Source: the human T2T-CHM13v2.0 reference genome, Homo sapiens. Taken from it: DNA of 64,000 nucleotides. Shown piece after piece: positions 22,901-33,800 of this stretch. The stretch is from NCBI RefSeq assembly GCF_009914755.1, contig NC_060947.1. One strand, given 5' to 3'. The notes beneath the pieces were generated by a model. It searched no databases, was not told the origin of the DNA, and saw only the letters and a program-made list of their open reading frames with translations. The stretch's first letter is position 1; each line of letters starts with the position of its first letter. The translations under genes were made by a program, and so were the position numbers.

Positions 22901-25900
22901 TCATAGCTGCTCTTTCAAAAGGAAAGTTCAACTCTGGGAGTTGAATACAAACATCACAAAGTAGTTTCCGAGAATGCTTCTGTTTAGTTCTTATGTGAAG
23001 ATGATCCCGTTTCCAGTGAAATCTTCAAAGAGGTCCACATATCCCCTTGCAGATTCCAAAGAAAGAGGGTTTCAAAACTGCTCCATCAAAAGGATTGTTC
23101 AACTCTGTGAGTTGAATGCAGTCATCGCAGAAAACTTTCTGAGAATGCTTCTGTCTAGGTTTGAGGTGAAGATATAGACGTTTCAAACGAAGGCTACAAA
23201 GTGGTCAAAATATACACTTGCAGATTCTACTACAAGGGTGTTGCAAACCTCAACTATCAAAGGAAGGTTCAACTCTGTGAGTTGAATACAAACATCACAA
23301 AGAATGTTCTGAGTTTGCTTCCGTTCAGTTATGGGAAGTTGATCCCGTTTCCAACGAAATCCTCAGAGAGGTCCAAATATCCCCTTGCAGATTCTACAAA
23401 ACGTGTGTTTGGAAACTGCTCCATCATAACGAATGTTCAGCTCTCTGAGTTAAACTCCATCGTCACAAAGAATTTTCTGAGAGTGCTACCGTCTGGTTTT
23501 TATATGAAGTTCTTTCCTTTATTACCACAGGCCTCAAAGCGGTCCAAATCTCCACTTGCAGATTCTACAAAAAGAGTGTTTGCAAACTGCTCTATCAAAA
23601 GGAATGTTCAACTCTGGGAGTTGAATGCAATCATCACAGAGCAGTTTCTGAGAATGCTTCTATGTCGTTTTTAGGAGAAGATATTTCCTTTTCCAACACA
23701 GTCCTCCAAGCCCGCTAAATATCCACTTGCACATTGTAGAAAAAGTGTGTCGAAGCTGCGCTATCAAAGGGAAAGTTCAACTCTGTGAGGTGAATGCAAA
23801 CATCCCAAAGAAGTTTCTGAGAATGCTTCCGTTTAGCTTTTAGGTGAAGATTATCCCGTTTCCAACGAAATCTTCAAAGAGGTCCAAATATCCCCTTGCG
23901 GATCCCACAGAAAGAGTGTTTCGAAACTGCTGTTTCAAAAGGAATCTTCAACTCTGTGGGTTGAATGCAATCATCACAAAGAAGTTTCTGACAATGCTTC
24001 TCTCTCGTCTTTCTGTGAAGATAAAGGAAAAGGCTTTCAGGCCTTTTCCACCACAGGCCTGAAAGCGCTCCAAATGTCCACTTGCAGATTCTGCCAAAAG
24101 AATATTTCAAAACTGCTCTATGAAAAGCAATGTTAAACTCTGTGGCTCGAACACAAACATCACAAAGCAGTTTCTGAGAATGCTTCAGTTTAGTTTTTCT
24201 GTGGAAATATTCCCATTTCCAAAGAAATCTTCAAAGAGGTCCACGTATCCACTTACAGATTCTACAAAAAGACAGTTTCAAAACTGCTCCATCAAAAGGA
24301 GGGTTCAACCGTGTGACTTGAATGCAATCATCACTCAGAAGTTTCTGAGAATGCTTCTCTTTAGTTTTTACGTGAACATATACCCGTTTCGAACGAAGGC
24401 CACCCAGTGGTCCAAATATCCACTTGCAGATTCTACAGAAAGAGTGTTTCGAACCTGAACTCTCAAAGGCAGGTTCATCTCTGCGAGTTCAATGCATTCA
24501 TCATGAAGAACTTTCTCAGAGTGTTTGTGTTTAGGTATGGGAAATTATTCCCGTTTCCAACGAAATCTTCAGAGAGGTCCAAATATCCACCTGCAGATTC
24601 TACCAAAAGTGTATTTGGAAACTGCTCCATCAAAAGGCATGTTCAGCTCTGTGAGTGAAACTCCATCATCACAAAGAATATTCTGAGAATGCTTCCGTTT
24701 GCCTTTTATATGAAGTTCCTTCCTATACTACCGTAGGCCTCAAAGCAGTCCAAATCTCCATTTGCAGATTCTACAAAAAGAGTGATTCCAATCTGCTCTA
24801 TCAATAGGATTGTTCAACTCCATGAGTTGAATGCCATCCTCACAAAGTAGTCTCTGAGAATGCTTCTATCTAGTTTTTATGTGAAGATATTTCCTTTTCC
24901 ACCACAGGCCTCAAAGCCCTCCAAACGTCCTTTGCAGATTCTCGAAAAAGAGTGTTTCATAGCTGCTCTTTCAAAAGGAAAGTTCAACTCTGGGAGTTGA
25001 ATACAAACATCACAAAGTAGTTTCCGAGAATGCTTCTGTTTAGTTCTTATGTGAAGATGATCCCGTTTCCAGTGAAATCTTCAAAGAGGTCCACATATCC
25101 CCTTGCAGATTCCAAAGAAAGAGGGTTTCAAAACTGCTCCATCAAAAGGATTGTTCAACTCTGTGAGTTGAATGCAGTCATCGCAGAAAACTTTCTGAGA
25201 ATGCTTCTGTCTAGGTTTGAGGTGAAGATATAGACGTTTCAAACGAAGGCTACAAAGTGGTCAAAATATACACTTGCAGATTCTACTACAAGGGTGATGC
25301 AAACCTGAACTATCAAAGGAAGGTTCAACTCTGTGAGTTGAATACAAACATCACAAAGAATGTTCTGAGTTTGCTTCCGTTCAGTTATGGGAAGTTGATC
25401 CCGTTTCCAACGAAATCCTCAGAGAGGTCCAAATATCCCCTTGCAGATTCTACAAAACGTGTGTTTGGAAACTGCTCCATCATAACGAATGTTCAGGTCT
25501 CTGAGTTAAACTCCATCGTCACAAAGAATTTTCTGAGAGTGCTACCGTCTAGTTTTTATATGAAGTTCTTTCCTTTACTACCACAGGCCTCAAAGCGGTC
25601 CAAATCTCCACTTGCAGATTCTACAAAAAGAGTGTTTGCAAACTGCTCTATCAAAAGGAATGTTCAACTCTGGGAGTTGAATGCAATCATCACAGAGCAG
25701 TTTCTGAGAATGCTTCTATGTCGTTTTTAGGAGAAGATATTTCCTATTCCAACACAGTCCTCCAAGCCCGCTAAATATCCACTTGCACATTGTAGAAAAA
25801 GTGTGTCGAAGCTGCGCTATCAAAGGGAAAGTTCAACTCTGTGAGGTGAATGCAAACATCCCAAAGAAGTTTCTGAGAATGCTTCCGTTTAGCTTTTAGG

Positions 25901-28900
25901 TGAAGATTATCCCGTTTCCAACGAAATCTTCAAAGAGGTCCAAATATCCCCTTGCGGATCCCACAGAAAGAGTGTTTCGAAACTGCTGTTTCAAAAGGAA
26001 TCTTCAACTCTGTGAGTTGAATGCAATCATCACAAAGAAGTTTCTGACAATGCTTCTCTCTCGTCTTTCTGTGAAGATAAAGGAAAAGGCTTTCAGGCCT
26101 TTTCCACCACAGGCCTGAAAGCGCTCCAAATGTCCACTTGCAGATTCTGCCAAAAGAATATTTCAAAACTGCTCTATGAAAAGCAATGTTAAAATCTGTG
26201 GCTCGAACACAAACATCACAAAGCAGTTTCTGAGAGTGCTTCAGTTTAGTTTTTCTGTGGAAATATTCCCGTTTCGAAAGAAATCTTCAAAGAGGTCCAC
26301 GTATCCACTTACAGATTCTACAAAAAGACAGTTTCAAAACTGCTCAATCAAAAGGAGGGTTCAACCGTGTGACTTGAATGCAATCATCACTCAGAAGTTT
26401 CTGAGAATGCTTCTCTTTAGTTTTTACGTGAACACATACCCGTTTCGAACGAAGGCCACACAGTGGTCCAAATATCCACTTGCAGATTCTACAGAAAGGG
26501 TGTTTCGAACCTGAACTCTCAAAGGCAGGTTCATCTCTGCGAGTTAAATGCATTCATCATGAAGAACTTTCTCAGAGTGTTTGTGTTTAGTTATGGGAAA
26601 TTATTTCCGTTACCAAAGAAATCCGCAGAGAGGTCCAAATATCCACCTGCAGATTCTACCAAAAGTGTATTTGGAAACTGCTCCATCAAAAGGCATGTTC
26701 AGCTCTGTGAGTGAAACTCCATCGTCACAAAGAATATTCTGAGAATGCTTCCGTTTGCCTTTTATATGAAGTACCTTCCTATACTACCGTAGGCCTCAAA
26801 GCAGTCCAAATCTCCATTTGCAGATTCTACAAAAAGAGTGATTCCAATCTGCTCTATCAATAGGATTGTTCAACTCCATGTGTTGAATGCCATCCTCACA
26901 AAGTCGTTTCTGACAATGCTTCTATCTAGTTTTTATGTGAAGATATTTCCTTTTCCACCACAGGCCTCAAAGCCCTCCAAACGTCCACTTGCAGATTCTC
27001 GAAAAAGAGTGTTTCATAGCTGCTCTTTCAAAAGGAAAGTTCAACTCTGCGAGTTGAATAAAAACATCACAAAGTAGTTTCCGAGAATGCTTCTGTTTAG
27101 TTCTTATGTGAAGATGATCCCGTTTCCAGTGAAATCTTCAAAGAGGTCCACATATCCCCTTGCAGATTCCAAAGAAAGAGGGATTCAAAACTGCTCCATC
27201 AAAAGGATTGTTCAACTCTGTGAGTTGAATGCTGTCATCGCAGAAAACTTTCTGAGAATGCTTCTGTCTAGGTTTGAGGTGAAGATATAGACGTTTCAAA
27301 CGAAGGCTACAAAGTGGTCAAAATATACACTTGCAGATTCTACTACAAGGGAGTTGCAAACCTGAACTATCAAAGGAAGGTTCAACTCTGTGAGTTGAAT
27401 ACAAACATCACAAAGAATGTTCTGAGTTTGCTTCCGTTCAGTTATGGGAAGTTGATCCCGTTTCCAACGAAATCCTCAGAGAGTTCCAAATATCCCCTTG
27501 CAGATTCTACAAAACGTGTGTTTGGAAACTGCTCCATCATAACGAATGTTCAGCTCTCTGAGTTAAACTCCATCGTCACAAAGAATTTTCTGAGAGTGCT
27601 ACCGTCTGGTTTTTATATGAAGTTCTTTCCTTTACTACCACAGGCCTCAAAGCGATCCAAGTCTCCACTTGCAGATTCTACAAAAACAGTGTTTGCAAAC
27701 TGCTCTATCAAAAGGAATGTTCAACTCTGGGAGTTGAATGCAATCATCACAGAGCAGTTTCTGAGAATGCTTCTATGTCGTTTTTAGGAGAAGATATTTC
27801 CTTTTCCAACACAGTCCTCCAAGCCCGCTAAATATCCACTTGCACATTGTAGAAAAAGTGTGTCGAAGCTGCGCTATCAAAGGGAAAGTTCAACTCTGTG
27901 AGGTGAATGCAAACATCCCAAAGAAGTTTCTGAGAATGCTTCCGTTTAGCTTTTAGGTGAAGATTATCCTGTTTCCAACGAAATCTTCAAAGAGGTCCAA
28001 ATATCCCCTTGCAGATCCCACAGAAAGAGTGTTTCGAAACTGCTGTTTCAAAAGGAATCTTCAACTCTGTGAGTTGAATGCAATCATCACAAAGAAGTTT
28101 CTGACAATGCTTCTCTCTCGTCTTTCTGTGAAGATAAAGGAAAAGGCTTTCAGGCCTTTTCCACCACAGGCCTGAAAGCGCTCCAAATGTCCACTTGCAG
28201 ATTCTGCCAAAAGAATATTTCAAAACTGCTCTATGAAAAGCAATGTTAAACTCAGCGGCTCGAACACAAACATCACAAAGCAGTTTCTGAGAATGCTTCA
28301 GTTTAGTTTTTCTGTGGAAATATTCCCGTTTCCAAAGAAATCTTCAAAGAGGTCCACGTGTCCTCTTACAGATTCTACAAAAAGACAGTTTCAAAACTGC
28401 TCAATCAAAAGGAGGGTTCAACCGTGTGACTTGAATGCAATCATCACTCAGAAGTTTCTGAGAATGCTTCTCTTTAGTTTTTACGTGAACATATACCCGT
28501 TTCGAACGAAGGCCAGCCAGTGGTCCAAATATCCACTTGCAGATTCTACAGAAAGAGTGTTTCGAACCTGAACTCTCAAAGGCAGGTTCATCTCTGCGAG
28601 TTCAATGCATTCATCATGAAGAACTTTCTCAGAGTGTTTTTGTTTAGGTATGGGAAATTATTCCCGTTTCCAACGAAATCCTCAGAGAGGTCCAAATATC
28701 CACCTGCAGATTCTACCAAAAGTGTATTTGGAAACTGCTCCATCAAAAGGCATGTTCAGCTCTGTGAGTGAAACTCCATCATCACAAAGAATATTCTGAG
28801 AATGCTTCCGTTTGCCTTTTATATGAAGTTCCTTCCTATACTACCGTAGGCCTCAAAGCAGTCCAAATCTCCATTTGCAGATCCTACAAAAAGAGTGATT

Positions 28901-30852
28901 CCAATCTGCTCTATCAATAGGATTGTTCAACTCCATGAGTTGAATGCCATCCTCACAAAGTAGTCTCTGAGAATGCTTCTATCTAGTTTTTATGTGAAGA
29001 TATTTCCTTTTCCACCACAGGCCTCAAAGCCCTCCAAACGTCCACTTGCAGATTCTCGAAAAAGAGTGTTTCATAGCTGCTCTTTCAAAAGGAAAGTTCA
29101 ACTCTGGGAGTTGAATACAAACATCACAAAGTAGTTTCTGAGAATGCTTCTGTTTAGTTCTTATGTGAAGATGATCCCGTTTCCAGTGAAATCTTCAAAG
29201 AGGTCCACATATCCCCTTGCAGATTCCAAAGAAAGAGGGTTTCAAAACTGCTCCATCAAAAGGATTGTTCAACTCTGTGAGTTGAATGCAGTCATCGCAG
29301 AAAACTTTCTGAGAATGCTTCTGTCTAGGTTTGAGGTGAAGATATAGACGTTTCAAACGAAGGCTACAAAGTGGTCAAAATATACACTTGCAGATTCTAC
29401 TACAAGGGTGTTGCAAACCTGAACTATCAAAGGAAGGTTCAACTCTGTGAGTTGAATACAAACATCACAAAGAATGTTCTGAGTTTGCTTCCGTTCAGTT
29501 ATGGGAAGTTGATCCCGTTTCCAACGAAATCCTCAGAGAGGTCCAAATATCCCCTTGCAGATTCTACAAAACGTGTGTTTGGAAACTGCTCCATCATAAC
29601 GAATGTTCAGCTCTCTGAGTTAAACTCCATCGTCACAAAGAATTTTCTGAGAGTGCTACCGTCTAGTTTTTATAGGAAGTTCTTTCCTTTACTACCACAG
29701 GCCTCAAAGCGGTCCAAATCTCCACTTGCAGATTCTACAAAAAGAGTGTTTGCAAACTGCTCTATCAAAAGGAATGTTCAACTCTGGGAGTTGAATGCAA
29801 TCATCACAGAGCAGTTTCTGAGAATGCTTCTATGTCGTTTTTAGGAGAAGATATTTCCTTTTCCAACACAGTCCTCCAAGCCCGCTAAATATCCACTTGC
29901 ACATTGTAGAAAAAGTGTGTCGAAGCTGCGCTATCAAAGGGAAAGTTCAACTCTGTGAGGTGAATGCAAACATCCCAAAGAAGTTTCTGAGAATGCTTCC
30001 GTTTAGCTTTTAGGTGAAGATTATCCCGTTTGCAACGAAATCTTCAAAGAGGTCCAAATATCCCCTTGCGGATCCCACAGAAAGAGTGTTTCGAAACTGC
30101 TGTTTCAAAAGGAATCTTCAACTCTGTGAGTTGAATGCAATCATCACAAAGAAGTTTCTGACAATGCTTCTCTCTCATCTTTCTGTGAAGATAAAGGAAA
30201 AGGCTTTCAGGCCTTTTCCACCACAGGCCTGAAAGCGCTCCAAATGTCCACTTGCAGATTCTGCCAAAAGAATATTTCAAAACTGCTCTATGAATAGCAA
30301 TGTTAAATTCTGCGGCTCGAACACAAACATAACAAAGCAGTTTCTGAGAATGCTTCAGTTTAGTTTTTCTGTGGAAATATTCCCGTTTCCAAAGAAATCT
30401 TCAAAGAGGTCCACGCATCCACTTACAGATTCTACAAAAAGACAGTTTCAAAACTGCTCAATCAAAAGCAGGGTTCAACTGTGTGACTTGAATGCAGTCA
30501 TCACTCAGAAGTTTCTGAGAATGCTTCTCTTTAGTTTTTACGTGAACATATACTCGTTTCGAACGAAGGCCAGCCAGTGGTCCAAATATCCACTTGCAGA
30601 TTCTACAGAAAGAGTGTTTCGAACCTGAACTCTGAAAGGCAGGTTCATCTCTGCGAGTTAAATGCATTCATCATGAAGAACTTTCTCAGAGTGTTTGTGT
30701 TCAGTTATGGGAAATTATTCCCGTTTCCAACGAAATCCTCAGAGATGTCCAAATATCCACCTGCAGATTCTACCAAAAGTGTATTTGGAAACTGCTCCAT
30801 CAAAAGGCATGTTCAGCTCTGTGAGTGAAACTCCATCATCACAAAGAATATT

Positions 30853-33800
30853 CTGAGAATGCTTCCGTTTGCCTTTTATATGAAGTTCCTTCCTATTCTA
30901 CCATAGGCCTCAAAGCAGTCCAAATCTCCATTTGCAGATTCTACAAAAAGAGTGATTCCAATCTGCTCTATCAATAGGATTGTTCAACTCCATGAGTTGA
31001 ATGCCATCCTCACAAAGTAGTTTCTGAGAATGCTTCTATCTAGTTTTTATGTGAAGATATTTCCTTTTCCACCACAGGCCTCAAAGCCCTCCAAACGTCC
31101 ACTTGCAGATTCTAGAAAAAGAGTGTTTCATAGCTGCTCTTTCAAAAGGAAAGTTCAACTCTGGGAGGTGAATACAAACATCACAAAGTAGTTTCCGAGA
31201 ATGCTTCTGTTTAGTTCTCATGTGAAGATGATCCCGTTTCCAGTGAAATCTTCAAAGAGGTCCACATATCCCCTTGCAGATTCCAAAGAAAGAGGGTTTC
31301 AAAACTGCTCCATCAAAAGGATTGTTCAACTCTGTGAGTTGAATGCAGTCCTCACAGAAAACTTTCTGAGAATGCTTCTGTCTAGGTTTGATGTGAAGAT
31401 ATAGACGTTTCAAACGAAGGCTACAAAGTGGTCAAAATATACACTTGCAGATTCTACTACAAGGGTGTTGCAAACCTCAACTATCAAAGGAAGGTTCAAC
31501 TCTGTGAGTTGAATACAAACATCACAAAGAATGTTCTGAGTTTGCTTCCGTTCAGTTATGGGAAGTTGATCCCGTTTCCAACGAAATCCTCAGAGAGGTC
31601 CAAATATCCCCTTGCAGATTCTACAAAACGTGTGTTTGGAAACTGCTCCATCATAACGAATGTTCAGCTCTCTGAGTTAAACTCCATCGTCACAAAGAAT
31701 TTTCTGAGAGTGCTACCGTCTAGTTTTTATAGGAAGTTCTTTCCTTTACTACCACAGGCCTCAAAGCGGTCCAAATCTCCACTTGCAGATTCTACAAAAA
31801 GAGTGTTTGCAAACTGCTCTATCAAAAGGAATGTTCAACTCTGGGAGTTGAATGCAATCATCACAGAGCAGTTTCTGAGAATGCTTCTATGTCGTTTTTA
31901 GGAGAAGATATTTCCTTTTCCAACACAGTCCTCCAAGCCCGCTAAATATCCACTTGCACATTGTAGAAAACGTGTGTCGAAGCTGTGCTATCAAAGGGAA
32001 AGTTCAACTCTGTGAGGTGAATGCAAACATCCCAAAGAAGTTTCTGAGAATGCTTCCGCTTAGCTTTTAGGTGACGATTATCCATTTTCCAACGAAACCT
32101 TCAAATAGATCCAAATATCCCCTTGCGGATCCCACAGAAAGAGTGTTTCGAAACTGCTGTTTCAAAAGGAATCTTCAACTCTGTGAGTTGAATGCAATCA
32201 TCACAAAGAAGTTTCTGACAATGCTTCTCTCTCGTCTTTCTGTGAAGATAAAGGAAAAGGCTTTCAGGCCTTTTCCACCACAGGCCTGAAAGCGCTCCAA
32301 ATGTCCACTTGCAGATTCTGCCAAAAGAATATTTCAAAACTGCTCTATGAAAAGCAATGTTAAACTCTGCGGCTCGAACACAAACATCACAAAGCAGTTT
32401 CTGAGAATGCTTCAGTTTAGTTTTTCTGTGGAAATATTCCCGTTTCCAAAGAAATCTTCAAAGAGGTCCACGCATCCACTTACAGATTCTACAAAAAGAC
32501 AGTTTCAAAACTGCTCAATCAAAAGGAGGGTTCAACTGTGTGACTTGAATGCAATCATCACTCAGAAGTTTCTGAGAACGCTTCTCTTTAGTTTTTACGT
32601 GAACATATACCCGTTTCGAACGAAGGCCACCCTGTGGTCCAAATATCCACTTGCAGATTCTACAGAAAGAGTGTTTCGAACCTGAACTCTCAAAGGCAGG
32701 TTCATCTCTGTGAGTTAAATGCATTCATCATGAAGAACTTTCTCAGCGTGTTTGTGTTTAGTTATGGGAAATTATTCCCGTTTCCAACGAAATCCTCAGA
32801 GAGCTCCAAATATCCACCTGCAGATTCTACCAAAAGTGTATTTGGAAACTGCTCCATCAAAAGGTATGTTCAGCTCTGTGAGTGAAACTCCATCATCACA
32901 AAGAATATTCTGAGAATGCTTCCGTTTGCCTTTTATATGAAGTTCCTTCCTATACTACCGTAGGCCTCAAAGCAGTCCAAATCTCCATTTGCAGATTCTA
33001 CAAAAAGAGTGATTCCAATCTCCTCTATCAATAGGACTGTTCAACTCCATGAGTTGAATGCCATCCTCACAAAGTCGTTTGTGAGAATGCTTCTATCTAG
33101 TTTTCATGTGAAGATATTTCCTTTTCCACCACAGGCCTCAAAGCCCTCCAAACGTCCACTTGCAGATTCTCGAAAAAGAGTGTTTCATAGCTGCTCTTTC
33201 AAAAGGAAAGTTCAACTCTGGGAGGTGAATACAAACATCACAAATTAGTTTCCGAGAATGCTTCTGTTTAGTTCTTATGTGAAGATGATCCCGTTTCCAG
33301 TGAAATCTTCAAAGAGGTCCACATATCCCCTTGCAGATTCCAAAGAAAGAGGGTTTCAAAACTGCTCCATCAAAAGGATTGTTCAACTCTGTGAGTTGAA
33401 TGCAGTCATCGCAGAAAACTTTCTGAGAATGCTTCTGTCTAGGTTTGATGTGAAGATATAGACGTTTTAAACGAAGGTTACAAAGTGGTCAAAATATACA
33501 CTTGCAGATTCTACTACAAGGCTGTTGCAAACCTGAACTATCAAAGGAAGGTTCAACTCTGTGAGTTGAATACAAACATCACAAAGAATGTTCTGAGTTT
33601 GCTTCCGTTCAGTTATGGGAAGTTGATCCCGTTTCCAACGAAATCCTCAGAGAGGTCCAAATATCCCCTTGCAGATTCTACAAAACGTGTGTTTGGAAAC
33701 TGCTCCATCATAACGAATGTTCAGCTCTCTGAGTTAAACTCCATCGTCACAAAGAATTTTCTGAGAGTGCTACCGTCTAGTTTTTATATGAAGTTCTTTC

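Larger units (their letters stand above)
1..24682. repeat. Left HOR haplotype block (H1-H12)
   Basis: Shared states: aggtgaag (M4), tctggtttt (M6), caaccgtgtg (M10), gagttcaatgc (M11), tttaggtatgg (M12), gagaatgcttctct and ctcagagtg. Confidence 0.8.

Noticed and set aside
24929-24933. Singleton indel in H13 (gtccacttg>gtcctttg)
   Set aside because: It explains the 2056-bp period of H13 but is unique, lies outside any known motif and cannot be distinguished from consensus error.
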